Below are positions 1 to 12,928 of a DNA stretch of 64,000 bases, piece after piece. Origin of the DNA: Octopus vulgaris (taxonomy: Eukaryota); contig OX597821.1 of assembly GCA_951406725.2 (NCBI GenBank), positions 70,246,001 to 70,310,000 of the forward strand. Direction: 5' to 3'. Made by a program: the position numbers and the translations under genes. Positions within the stretch are counted from its first letter, which is position 1. Every line of letters begins with the position of its first letter. Under the pieces are notes generated by a model that saw only the letters and a program-made list of their open reading frames with translations, ran no database searches and had not been told where the DNA came from.

Positions 1-51
1 CTGGCAGATCGCCACCTTGATGTAGAATACTTAGCTGGAATGAATTCGGGA

Positions 52-320
52 CTTGTGGCCCCTTAGCTTGTGGTGCTTGTGGCCCTTTAGCTTGCAGTGC
101 TTGTGGCTCCTTAGCTTGTAGTGCTTGTAGCCCCTTAGCTTGTGGTGCTTGTAGCCACTGAGTTTGTGGTGCTTGTGGCCCCTTAGTTAATGGTGCTTGT
201 GGCCCCTTAGCTTGTAGAGCTTGTAGCCCCTTAGTTTGTGGTGCTTGTGACCCCTTAGGTTGCAGTACTTGTAGCCCCTTAGTTTGTGGTGCTTGTGACC
301 CCTTAGCTTGTAGTGCTTGT
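52..320. repeat. 24-bp minisatellite, ~11 copies (consensus CTTGTGGCCCCTTAGCTTGTGGTG)
   Basis: Direct tandem units with a constant 24-bp period and only substitutions between copies. Confidence 0.9.
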
Positions 321-1163
321 GTTGAGGCGTCTCTTGACAGAACAAATCATTTTAATCAATGACTTGTAAAATCATTTTTACTTTAAAATAAACCCGACAT
401 TAATATTTATTGAACACTCAGGGCTTTGCTGTTTCGAGAATCGATCGAACAAGTAGCAATCAAATCGATGACATCGGCAACGCAAAGCATTTCTCCATAG
501 CTTCTGTCATTCTACCGAAGTTAGTTATTATTTTAATAAAATTTCTTGTTTCTTCCTAATTATCGTTAATGATAATCTGGCTATTGTGGATGTTGGACTT
601 CAGCCTAATGTTAGCCAATTCTAACTGAATACGATCAAAAGCTCAAAATTCCTTCCTTTTCCAAGATCGCTGCGTCTTAATCTTCTGACGATAAAAACAA
701 TGGTATTGCAAATTCCCCACGGAAAAGTGAAATGCAAGCAATTTTAAAGTTTAATATTTCTAACAAATATAGAAAGCCATTGCTTGTTTTATTCCTCATA
801 ATTCAGTCTAACAAAATTATGAATAACTCATTTGCTAGACATTTAGTCATTAGTGTAGATTTTCTAAAGACAAAGTTTATTTTTGGAAATCTGCCTCGCG
901 TCTTTTGAGAGTCTCTGTTCTAGACACAATTCATCCTGTTAGAATTGTATTATCTGATATATCCCGCCTTTTAGTAATATGGCAGTGTCTAATTTAATGG
1001 TGATTTGACTACTAATTGAAACAGGTCGAGCGACTGCGTGACATCCTTGGTGATGCGTACAAATGGCACGCACATAACGAGTCTGGTTAAATCGACAAAT
1101 CTCAGTCTTACTAAAATGTAAATATAAAATCCAAATTCTGACATGGCACGAATGGGAGAGAAT

Positions 1164-1312
<149 letters not shown>

Positions 1313-1316
1313 CGCT

Positions 1317-1474
1317 GAGGCGGTGAGCTGGCAGAAACGTTAGCACGCCAGGCGAAATGCTTTGCTGTATTTCGTCTGCCGTTACGTTCTAAGTTCAAAT
1401 TCCGCCGAGGTCGACTTTGCAATTCATCATTTCGGGGTCGATTAAATAAGTACCAGTTACGCACTGGCGTCGAT
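1317..1474 (+). mobile_element. tRNA-derived SINE family A, 3'-truncated copy
   Basis: GGCGGTGAGCTGGCAGAAACGTTAGC (A-box-like) ... GTTCAAATTCC (B-box-like) ... TTCATC-TTCGGGGTCGATTAAATAAGTACCAG core, shared with copies at 19632, 34343, 43510 and 61510. Core resembles the Meta/MESC SINE domain (from memory). Confidence 0.85.
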
Positions 1475-1486
1475 ATTATTATTATT

Positions 1487-1521
<35 letters not shown>

Positions 1522-2429
1522 CGTTCAGGCGGCCAACTGGCAAAATCGTTAGCGATATTTCATCCTTTCGGAGCAACACAAAATATAAGTTAATCACTGG
1601 AATTGATGTAATCGACTTACCCCGCCCCTGAAATTGCTGGCCTTGAGCTAAAATTTGAAAGCATTATTATCGTTAAGGAGGACAGCTGGCAGAATTGTTA
1701 GGATCTTTGCATTTCTATATTCGACGATGCCTTCAGGTTTATGGTCGTACTAATCTTTTGGTGTCAAGTCCATACCTGTTGCAAAATGTCCAAAATGTTC
1801 GTACATTGACTCTGCAAGTATTCCAACCAATAACTTCCAACAAAAGTGGCAAACAGGATATCGGCCTTTTTCGATGTTTTTCAGGCACAGCACTGTCAAC
1901 CACTCTGGTGTTACTTGGTTTTTATGTTCTAAGTTCAACCAAGAAGCTCAACCTGGTAGGTGTTACTCCAGCAAGGCCGCAGTTCTAAAACTTTGAGAAA
2001 TGAAAGAATAAAAGAGGAAATTGATTGTAATGATAAACATGGTGACGAGCTAAATCTGAGTTCGAACCCTATGATTTTCAACAACGTAATTCAATCCGCC
2101 ACGGACGATTAATAAAATACTAAATAAGTATGTGGGTTCGATACAGTCGATTGGTCCATCCACCTCCAGCTTCTTTTTAAAATGCGAGGCCTCGTACTAA
2201 TATTATGATGGTGATGATGACAAGGAAGAGGTGGAGGAGAAGGGGGATGATGGTGATGGTGGTGACGATAATGAAGATGATGGTGATGGTGATAAAAAGT
2301 TAATCCATATCTGAAACAAGAGTTTAATTAACTTTTTTGTTGATACAGCACCGTATGTGCTTTGAACATTCATACACACGTACATACATATTGTTTATAT
2401 ATATGTGTGTGTATACATATCTACATGCA

Positions 2430-2467
<38 letters not shown>

Positions 2468-2956
2468 TATATGTATATGTATGTGTATGTGTGTTTATGT
2501 ATATGCGTATATATATATATATGTGCGTGTGTGTATGTGTATACATACATACGCACGCAGACATAATTTGAAGCAACAGAGGAAGATTAATTAAATTTCA
2601 AATAAATAATTACTCACTTGAAATTGGTATTTTCTTCTTCCACACTTCCAAACACATTCTTTCTTTCTTCAAGTGTAGCGATGCGTGTATACATGTATTT
2701 CGAACGCATCTCATAGAAATAATCATGCGGAATCTTTCCTTTATACACAAATGACTTTTTTATATGCATTTTTGAAGAACTGCTCATTAGTGCGGCCTTA
2801 TTAATGTGTCGGTCCATCGTTTATTTTATTAGAGTTTATTTTGTTTTGTGTTTTCTTTTTTTGTGTTTTTCTTAAAACATGGACACATAACACTTGCGCT
2901 ATACTTTCTTTTTAAATCCAGTCTTTATCTTATACATACATACATACATACATACA

Positions 2957-3064
<108 letters not shown>

Positions 3065-3329
3065 TACATTTATGTGTATGTATGTATATATTTATATACA
3101 TATATATATATATATATATATACAAATATGTGTGTGTGTATATGCGTACTTATATGTGCTTGCATGTATGTATGCATGTGTACATAAATAGACGTATGCA
3201 TATAAGTCTGTTTATATACCTGCTTACGTATGTGTGCTTAGATTTTGTTCAAACATAATTTCAGTTTCATGATTAAGAATATATAAATATGACATACAAA
3301 CACACACATAAATACATACATATATATAC

Positions 3330-3363
<34 letters not shown>

Positions 3364-4205
3364 GAAATATTATAATTAAACAGACAAAATTTAGTGACTC
3401 CTTTACTGCCCATCACCACCATTGCCACCAGAAGAAATAAAGAATATAAAATCGCAAAAATGAAGAAATAATTATAAAATTACACAACTCTTAAGAATGT
3501 CGTTGATATTGTAACATTTTATCCGTCTAATAACGACTGACATATTGTTTTGTATGTTTTCTCGATGCTAATAATACATTTTTCACCACTAATACTCCAC
3601 TAGCGCCATCTAGCTGCTGCCAAAAGGTTTGTCAACAGAAATGTAAATTATTTTACACTCTATTTTCCTGTTTTTATTAAATCAAGTTTCGTTTCCGACT
3701 CACTACATTTGACGATATCAACATTACATGTTTAGAAGATTTGTGCTTGCTAGATTACAAGTGGATATAAATAAGAGATTACACGTGCTTACGCATTGAA
3801 CTACTTCGTTGAGAGTGGCAGATTTAAATTCAATAATCTTGTGGTTTGTAATTCATCTATAAAATAACAATTAAAATATAAAAAACATCGTACACATGCA
3901 TATACTTAAATATATTCACCTTCATATATCTATACATATATACATAAGTATATATTGCAATATATATATATACTTATAAAGAATATGCACCTATATATAC
4001 ATATACACATATACGTGTGTGTGTATGTGAGAATGTACCGTGGTTCTTGTGTGTCTATGTAAGTACATACGTAAGTTTGGTTTGAAATAAGCCAATCGTA
4101 CCACCGAAAATTTAATAAGAATTTTTCTAAAATAACATTCACATATATTGTATGTGTGCATTTAAATATATATATTGTGTATGTATAAGTGTATACATAC
4201 ACACA

Positions 4206-4250
<45 letters not shown>

Positions 4251-4357
4251 GACACAGAGACATACACCATATATAATATATATACACACTCATACGTTTA
4301 CTTAACGATGGACACGCACACATTTATTACTGTATATATATACATACATACATACAT

Positions 4358-4425
<68 letters not shown>

Positions 4426-4509
4426 GAAGAATTCACAAAAACAAAAGCCGAAGACAGGTGGTGTAGACAACAAACAGATGTATTAGTTTAACTCGAGAAT
4501 GGAAAAAGT

Positions 4510-4545
4510 CTTTAACGTTTCGAGCCTACGCTCTTCCACAGTAAG
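4510..4545 (-). ncRNA. minimal type I hammerhead-like motif, variant core CUGUGGA
   Basis: Minus strand: CTTA-CTGTGGA-A-GAGC-GTAG-GCTC-GAA-ACGT-T-AAAG. Stem II perfect; stem I has one mismatch. Confidence 0.6.
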
Positions 4546-4720
4546 GAACACAGAAAGAAACAAGAAGAGAAAATATAGAATGTGTAGTGGCTAGCGATCT
4601 ATAATGGCGAATGCAGGACAGAGGGGTCACACAGGAAAGCTAGGAAGAAGGGAATGGGTGTAAGGGATGCTTTGAGATGGAATTGATAGGGAATGTGGGG
4701 TTGGATTGTTTGGGGTGGGG

Positions 4721-5314
4721 TTACGAGGGAGGGGTGAAGATGAAGGGAGAGGGAGAGAGGAGAAGGTGGGTAGGAGTGAAGAGAAGGGAGAAGGAGAGTA
4801 GGAGTGAAGAGAAGAAGTAGGATTTGGAGCAAGAGAGGAGAGGTAGGTGGGAGGAATTAGGTGTGAGAGGGAGATAGGAGAGAAGAGGAGAGTTGAGCCC
4901 GTGTGACGCAAAGGAGCGAAGAGAGATGACTCCCGCAAACGGGAGTCCGGATGGCACCCTGTGCAAGGACAATCCGAACACAGACAGGTGTTGCAAAGAG
5001 TGACCGGTAGAGCGGAAATGGCGCGAGAGCGGGTTGTCATTGCCGAGTCGGATGTCTCGGAGGTGTTCCGCGAACTGGTCAGCCAAGCAGCGTCCCGTTT
5101 GCCCAATGTATAGAGAAGAGTAGAGAGAGCAAGAGGTGCAGTAGATGACATTGGTAGAAGTACAGGTGAAGAAGTCGGTGATATGATAGGGTCGATTATT
5201 GGTGTCGGTGAGGAGGATGGTGTTGGAGAGGTAAGGGCAAGTGCGGCAGCGTGGGCAGGAGCAGGGAAACGAGCCGGGTTGGGAGGTTGGGTTAGGGAAG
5301 AAGCTATGGACCAA
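4721..5314 (-). pseudogene. PLE GIY-YIG endonuclease domain remnant
   Basis: PGSFPCSCPRCRTC...FTCTSTNVIYCTSC...LYIGQTGRCLADQFAEH...SRHF matches the VIY-YIG / R..EH / HF pattern of Penelope-like endonucleases; frameshifted relative to the RT part. Confidence 0.88.
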
Positions 5315-6840
5315 GAGGTCTTGTAGGTTGTGGGCTCCTTTGAAGGAGGGGAGGGGTCAGTTAGGGAAGATGTGCGAAGAGGGGTCGGACTGGAGTTGCC
5401 GAAGGCTCGGAGAATAGCGCGTTGGAGAGGTAGGGTGGTGAGGTGGTAGGTGAAGGAAACGGGAGACAGGAGGCGGCAGGGCTGTTTTGGGGAGAGAGAA
5501 GATGCACGGTCCACAGAAGTGCTCTGGCAAGGGCGGTGTGGATAGTGGTGAGGCGATATCCACGTAGTATGAAGCGGCGAGCCATGAGTTGAGACTGAGT
5601 CTCAAAGTCATGGTCGTCACTACAGAATCTGCGTAGACGGAGGAATATGTATATAACTGCATGTAAACTGGAGCCAAAGGAAAAGGCGAAACATTACAAA
5701 ATTCTCTTCGTATTCAGGAGTTTCAAGTTCGATCTTACTGTGTGGAATACGTGGCAATTTTACTTTTCCACAGCCTCGCTTCGCCTCAAAACATGAGTAA
5801 AATAGTGTTGTCGTATACTGTGTGGAAGCTCACACCAGGACACGCTAATTCGTCTTGGGAAAACTTATTAATGCTCTCTTTCATCTAGTCGCAGAGATAC
5901 TACCTGAGACATGTACTACATTTTCTCAAAGAGTTGCGCGCATTCTTTTTAGATATGCATTTACGAGATCCAGTGAATAATTTAACTGAAGGAGAGAATC
6001 TGGTTCAGTTTTGCATTCTGCTCTCTAGGTTTAGTGGTAACCTCATTACCAAGCACAAATGAACATATTCTATACCGTTTTCGTTCCCGCAGAAGCTATT
6101 CATAATTCCATCTGCATCTCGTATAGAAAGGAATTCAGAACAGATTCTTCAACATAGAACAGACATCCAGATGCAGGATCTGGCTGTGAGGACTTTCGAC
6201 TTAAAACTGAGAAATATGAAGATTTCATTACTAAATGCCAAATGTTTGGACCAGTAAGGTTTTATTTATCTACTACAGAATGGTGAAAATTGGCTTGCGA
6301 CATGCACAATCACTCTGAGCTCCAAGACCCTTGCAATGGGGCATCGTTCGTAAATATTGGTAAAACCACCGATAGTTAATAGTTACTTTGATGCCCTCGG
6401 CGATATTTTCATTCCCCTCTCCTAAAAGACAACAAATGCATCACACATTTTCCAGATCTTTTTCTCAAGAACACTTCGACAGATGATGATGATAACGACT
6501 CTAATTATTGCAGAAGGAGAACACCAAGAGATGGAGGCTCAGAAATTTGCTCGGGCGAAATTGATAATCGATGAATAGTTTCCAACTGCTTACTAATGTG
6601 AAGTTCGTGTTCCAGTTCTCAGTACGCCTAGATTTTACCCTGTCAATAAATCCTGACGGTTAAAAATAACACTTTCCGAAATGCATTAGAAGAAACCTGG
6701 TTTGGTCCAAACCAATTTTAATTAGAAGGTTCAAGTGATTAAAAAAAACACGACCCCCCCCCGCTAATTTTTGTTGGTAAAGCCAAAAGCATTGTATATC
6801 CTCAAGTGCTTATATTAATGTTCAAAATTCATAAGAATAT

Positions 6841-7015
6841 GGTGGCAGGCATGGCAATGTGGTTAAGAAGCTCGATTCGCAACCACATGGTTTCTGGTTC
6901 AGTCCCCACTGCGTGGCACCTCGGGAAAGTGTCTTCTACTACAGCTCCAGGTCGACCAATGCTTTGTGAGTGAATTTGGTGGAAGGAAACTATGCGAAAG
7001 CACGTCGTATATATA
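6841..7015 (+). mobile_element. SINE family B (CORE-like), 5' half
   Basis: Matches the 5' half of the full copy at 9999-10400 (CCACATGGTT..GGTTCAGTCCCACTGCGTGGCACC..GTGTCTTCTACTA). Confidence 0.85.
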
Positions 7016-7185
7016 TTTAAACAACGAAGATTTGATGGAGACGGTGAGACAATATGCGACACGAACATTTCCTCACCATAAACAATGCATTTGTGCAGGT
7101 CGTTTGGTAAATGCTGAACGCTTATACGTCGTCTTCGACGGGAGAGTCCGTTATACATATAAATAAATACATACATTATTATTAT

Positions 7186-7936
7186 GGCTGCCTCCTCGTT
7201 ATCGAGTATGGTCATTGCATGAAGCTTAACTGTTACTGGTGCTGTGATCGAATGTGACGTTTTAGCCCAGCCAAAGATCTACAACGTCTTGTACAGAATT
7301 GGCAACTAAAACCTTTACCGGCTGTAGTTGTAACTGGGCTTCATGTACCTTTGCATGTCGTTTAAGTCCTTCTGCCGAATTACACTCTCTTCAACATGCC
7401 TGACAGATATGATTATGGTCAGATCACTTTCGTTTGCTACTGGTAACATGTAACCCAGTACAACCTGTTGCATGGTCGGGTCGTCGGCGACTAAACCGGC
7501 AACCCCACCAAGCTTGCTTGGTGAGGAGGGTGTTTATTGGACACCCTGCGGGATGAAAAACAAATCCCGTCAAAGGGCGGAGGAACTCTTGAGAGTCAAC
7601 GGCCATCCAATAAATGTCTTAAGGCTGTATCATGCGCGGGGACATAGAAATAATCGGACTGAATATCCGATCGCGCGGTCAAACCATTGGGAGTGAAGGA
7701 CTCCTAGCCTTTGTTAGGGCATCCTTCTAGGAGAAGGTAACTCAGGTAACTGGGATAACTCCGACATAAAACCTGTGGCTCAGTGGTTACCGATGATGTT
7801 GATTTGTTCTTCTTTTCGGATTATGGCTGCTGTTGCTTAGTGAGTGGGATTGACTCAGTGCACAGCCTTTCCTCACTTTAAAAAAATAAATCTTCTTGCA
7901 CAGGCATTCCACGATAACAACATTGATTGATTGATT
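7186..7936 (+). mobile_element. ORF-less RTE-related non-autonomous retroelement (5'UTR-like body with (TTGA)n tail)
   Basis: GC-richer, hairpin-dense body. TAGGGCATCCTTCTAGGAGAAGGTAACTC resembles an RTE 5'UTR motif (from memory). Ends in a TTGA tandem tail. Confidence 0.55.
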
Positions 7937-8055
7937 AAATTGATTAACTAATTCATTATTGTTGATGGCTCTGTGAGTCTCAACTGAATGGCTGGCTCTA
8001 GCCTTAAAAAGCAAAAAAATCAATGATGTACATACATACATGCATACATACATAC

Positions 8056-8109
<54 letters not shown>

Positions 8110-8111
<2 letters not shown>

Positions 8112-8330
8112 GTGTGTGTTCAAAATGTGACCGCGTGTGTATCGTTGGCGATTTTTTTCCCTCCGTCTTCCCTTCTTTGGATCTTTCCTTTTCCTATGTT
8201 TCTGACGAAGAGCTCCGCTCGAAACGTTAAACCCTCCTTCTTTCCTTCTTTCCTGAGCGTCCAATAATACTATACTTGTTCCACATCCTCGCGTTGTTGT
8301 TTTTTCTCTTTGTGTTTTCATGTTTGGATT

Positions 8331-8335
<5 letters not shown>
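8110..8335 (+). mobile_element. short PLE-terminus-like element carrying a hammerhead
   Basis: Lies between (TG)n and (TA)n; shares AGAGC..GCTCGAAACGT and TTCCTGAGCGT..TAATAC with the PLE 3' end at 57480-57640. Confidence 0.7.
8198..8232 (+). ncRNA. minimal type I hammerhead ribozyme, canonical core
   Basis: GTTT-CTGACGA-A-GAGC-TCC-GCTC-GAA-ACGT-T-AAAC: stem I GUUU/AAAC, stem II GAGC/GCUC, palindromic ACGU stem III. Confidence 0.8.
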
Positions 8336-8380
<45 letters not shown>

Positions 8381-8399
8381 CTAGCTAGCTAGATATATA

Positions 8400-8535
<136 letters not shown>

Positions 8536-8639
8536 GAGTGATAGTTAGAGAGAGAGTGGGGTATAGTAAATATACGTATCAAACACAGGTTTGATACGTA
8601 TATTTACATGGAATACAAAATAGAGATTATAAAATAATT

Positions 8640-9400
8640 GGTGACTAGAATGTAATTGTGGACTGGTGCATTGTCGTGGTTCAGGTGCCACAAACTCGAG
8701 TGGAAGAGCTCTGAACCTCAAAACCTCTACAAAGTACTCTTTGTTAACCGCCTGACCAGAGGGAACCCAATGGATGTAGATGATGCCTTGGTTGTTGAAA
8801 AAGAGGGTCGTCATGAGCTTCACGGTGGACTTGCTTTATCTGGCCTTCGTGGGTCTGGGGGTTCTAGGATGCTTTTAATGAGTACTTTGAGTCATGGTCT
8901 CTGCATCCAAACAGTAGATCCTGCTCTCGTCACAAGTCTCCAGGGACTCAAATACTCTTGTACTGTAGGTAATATGCTCAATCATTTCCCTGCTGTCATT
9001 AACGCGTGTTTCCTTTAGTTTGTCATTGTGAACCCTGTAAACAAACTTTGCACAAATTTTGCGCGCATGTTCAGGCCTTCATGAATATTTCGGTGTGCTG
9101 TTTCCACATAAAATCCAAATTGTATACTTTTGGTGTTTATATACACAAGACCGTCTCCCTCTATGCAACTGCAAATGTTCTCAATCAGTTCTGACATTCT
9201 GACGTTTCTTTCCGCCCCACACCTATCGTCGTCTCTCAACTCCTCTCTACTCTCCATGAACCTCTTGTGCCAGCGAAATACAGATGCTTGGCCCATACAA
9301 GTTAGCCCATAAGCAATCTGGATCATTTCATAAATGTGTGTAGTGTTTTTGCCCAGTTCAGCGCAAAACATTTTTACATAGCGATTTCCAAGTTGTCTTC
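8640..9400 (-). mobile_element. degenerate mariner transposase remnant (distinct from the 17k/38k family)
   Basis: FCAELGKNTTHIYEMIQIAYG..MGQASVFRWHKRFMESREELRDDDRCG (HTH region) and KLMTTLFFNNQGIIYIHWVPSGQAVNKEYFVEVLR (catalytic region); deletions and frameshifts. Confidence 0.85.
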
Positions 9401-9998
9401 ACGTTCCGACCGCAAACCGGTCAGCTGTGACAACCTGTGTTTAGTAGAGTGTACTCAAAGTGTTGTTACAGCCATCTCCTTCAATCTGGAATAACAAAAG
9501 GTGGCACTTCAGTTTATTAGATCTATAATAAGGATATACTAAAATTACAGTAATCTAGGATAGTTATATGAACATCTCCTGGGAAAGTCATTCGCCATAT
9601 TTCAGTAATAAAGAAAACTTAAATGCCCGAATTGACAGACGCTACCAATCTCCACGTACGTCATTTCTCAATCGACAACTAGAAGACTCTAGAAGGATAA
9701 TAAGATATTTGGAGCCCAGCCCCAATTGCGTCTTAAAGAAATCAGGACAATAAAAAAAGCAGCTCTGCTGTAACATTGAAGAAGAATTTGGACCAATTTC
9801 TAACTAGCATACCGAACCCAGCTGTAATACTCTTGGGACTAGATTATCTGATAGAAACTTTTAACCATACAATTTCAACAACGGTAAAAGTAAATTGTTG
9901 TAAGTGGTAACCCAGTATGGCTGTATTCCATTAAAAAAAAAGACCGGCAGAATAAATCAATTAAAAATTACATATTTTATATATGCATATATATAAAA

Positions 9999-10400
9999 GG
10001 CGCAGGAGTGGCTGTGTGGTATGTAGCTTGTTTACCAATCACATGGTTCCGGGTTCAGTCCCACTGCGTGGCACCTTGGTCAAGTGTTTTCTACTATAGC
10101 CTCGGGCCGACCAAAGCCTTGTGAGTGGATTTGGTAGACGGAAACTGAAAGAAGCCCGTCGTATATATGTATATATATGCGTGTGTGTGTTTGTGTGTCT
10201 GTGTTTGTCCCCCTAGCATTGCTTGACAACCGATGTTGGTGTGTTTATGTCCCCGTTACTTAGCGGTTCGGCAAAACAGACCGATAGAATAAGTACTGGG
10301 CTTACAAAAGAATAAGTCCCGGAGTCGAGTTGCTCGATTAAAAGCGGTGCTCCAGCATGGCCGCAGTCAAATGACTGAAACAAGTAAAAGAGTAAAGAGT
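9999..10400 (+). mobile_element. SINE family B (CORE-like), full length
   Basis: tRNA-like head GGCGCAGGAGTGGCTGTGTGGT..GGTTCAGTCCC, GGCACCTTGG-CAAGTG CORE-like motif, internal (TA)(TG) tract, AGTAAAAG-repeat tail. Confidence 0.9.
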
Positions 10401-10909
10401 ATATAACTATTGCATAATTCTACATACATTTCTGATTATGTATATCTGTACTATATGGGTACATGTGTACTCATGTATTTGTGTGTGTATATATGTGTGT
10501 GTGTGTCCGCGCGCGCGCGTGTGTGTTTCCGTTGGTCGATTCACCAAAACAATATCGATGGCGTTACCAGAAGAAGCAGTTGTATTACTTGTTTGGCATA
10601 AACACCATTAATATACGTGCGTATGCATGCATGTATGTATGTATGTATGTATGCATTGAACTCTTCATCCCAACTACACTCTCGTACACACACACATGCT
10701 CACTTATAAAGACACACACTCATGTAAAACGGCCCATACAAACACACACACACACACACACCAACAGCTCTTGTCACCGTTTCCTTTTGTATGTCGGGAT
10801 GTTGGTTTTCCCATGTAAATATGAACGACGACGTGTGAGCTGAATGTGTCGATGCGTGTGTATGTATCAGCAACTGTGAAAAGGTGTGTTCCTGCATATG
10901 TATGCTTCT

Positions 10910-10956
<47 letters not shown>

Positions 10957-11651
10957 GTAGGTTTGATCTGTCAAAGAACGGGAGGCGGTAGAAGGGTTCG
11001 AATGGAAGGTGGAGTGACAAGGGAGAAACGCTCGTTTACGACGGCCGGGGAGCAGCATCTTGTAAACAATGGCAAGTCATTGACACGGCAGTCGGTGTTC
11101 GGCATGAAGTGTGTGTTGGCCGCCATTCACCTTACATATGTCGAGCTGAAGTTAGAAGAGGGAGAGGAAGAGCGAGGAGATGGACAGAGAAGAGGAGAGG
11201 GAAAGAGGAAGAGAGAGAGAGAGAGGAAGGAAAGAGAGGTCGAATGAGTGGCCTGGTGAAAAATATAAAAGAGAAAAGTGGATAGAAATAAATTCAAAAA
11301 AAAAAAGGCAAAAAAACAACAAAAGATAATAATATAAAAGGGAAGATAAAAGGAAAGAAGTAAATAATTTAAGGAAAAAGGAAGGAAAGAAAGAAGGAAA
11401 GGGGGGGGGGAGAAGAGAAGACAAATTGCAGTAAAAGAGAAATGGAGAACAACAACAGTAACGAGAAGAAGAAATATTGACAAGAACAATAACAACAAGA
11501 AAGAGATCGATCGAAAGAGAAGACATTACTCATGAGGCTGATGAGGATAACGACGACAATAATAATAACAATGATAATAATAATAATGATAATAATAATG
11601 ATAGATTATTATCATTAGTGTTGTTAATTCAAAACGATAACGGAGAACAGA

Positions 11652-12028
11652 AAGAAGAAGAAGAAGAAGAAGAAGAAGAAGAAGAAGAAGAAGAAGAAGA
11701 AGAAGAAGAAGAAGAAGAAGAAGAAGAAGAAGGAGAAGAAGAAGAAGAAGAAGAAGAAGAAGAAGAAGAAGAAGGAGAAGAAGAAGAAGAAGAAGAAGAA
11801 GAAGAAGAAGAAGAAGAAGAAGAAGAAGAAGAAGAAGAAGAAGAAGAAGAAGAAGAAGAAGAAGAAGAAGAAGAAGAAGAAGAAGAAGGAAGAAGAAGAA
11901 GAAGAAGAAGAAGAAGAAGAAGAAGAAGAAGAAGAAGAAGAAGAAGAAGAAGAAGAAGAAGAAGAAGAAGAAGAAGAAGAAGAAGAAGAAGAAGAAGAAG
12001 AAGAAGAAGAAGAAAAAGAAGAAGAAGA
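11652..12028. repeat. long (GAA)n tract, ~375 bp, few interruptions
   Basis: Direct reading; source of the poly-E/R/S/F/L ORFs. Confidence 0.97.
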
Positions 12029-12928
12029 AACGCGCAAAGATCTATTCTGATTGTGATGTTTAAGTTCATTAAAGAACATTACCTCTCATTTCGACTTAAT
12101 TCATTGACGCAATTTTTTTTTCATTTAATTCGCTTTTTTTGGTTTTATTTAGTTTTTTTTCTGCGGTGCGGTTGGTGATGGTGGCGGGTATTTGTGGGGT
12201 TGGATTTAGTTGTAATTAATGGCAAAACAATTGTAGGGCAGCCATAATAACTGTCAGTAGAGCCAGGTGCTGAGCAGCCGACCTAACTTTCTGATCATTT
12301 ATCAGTCCTATCATCCACCGACCATTATTTGAATGTCTGCGTGCATGTGAATTGCATGATGATGCATATTAGATGGCCGGTTCCAACGTATACTGGTTCA
12401 AATCCTTTCGCGACGTTCGATTCATGACATTCTTCGGGGTGCCAGCTTTCTTTGTAATCGGGGAACGGTACTAGCCCCTTTGTTGTATAGACCCAAGTCA
12501 GCCCTAACTGAACAGGTCTGGGATCAAAGGTAACCCGGCCTTGTCCACTCTCACGTTTTTATGGTTCCAGATATTGAATAATCGCAGGTTTGTCCAAACC
12601 ATTTAGGTCCGGAATCAAAAATAATTCGACCGTCACCACTCTAACATTTTTCGTTGGTTCTGTAATGTTACCAGAAGATTGACAAACGTTGCTGTGTTGA
12701 CTGGTTTCGTTCATATGAGATGCAGGACTTTTACGAACATCATATATGAAGGATAAGAAGACCGTGATACAGATGCTGAAGTGAATGAAAACTGCTTGGT
12801 CTGCGATATATGTGGTCGTATATGATCTTCCAAGACTAGGTTTAGTTGTCACCAAAGAAGTAATCAAATCTCTAGTTGGTGACTTAAATGGAAAAGTCTT
12901 GCAGTACATACATCCACCTTACCAAACT

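Larger units (their letters stand above)
4423..5645 (-). mobile_element. 5'-truncated Penelope-like retroelement (Neptune-like), degenerate
   Basis: Minus strand encodes the RT-thumb motif FLRLRRFCSDD...RRFILRGY (5645-5555), then a Cys-rich linker and GIY-YIG domain, a pyrimidine-rich 3' region and a hammerhead motif. The 3' end abuts (TA)n. Confidence 0.9.

Noticed and set aside
52-320. CRISPR-like regular repeats
   Set aside because: Units are contiguous with no unique spacers, and no cas genes; eukaryotic minisatellite.
4627-5514. 295-aa S/P-rich ORF
   Set aside because: Largely an alternative frame over the PLE remnant and its pyrimidine-rich UTR.
6090-6260. Exon-like segment (..CCCGCAG|...|GTAAGG)
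   Set aside because: The best frame has an internal stop and no recognisable protein similarity.
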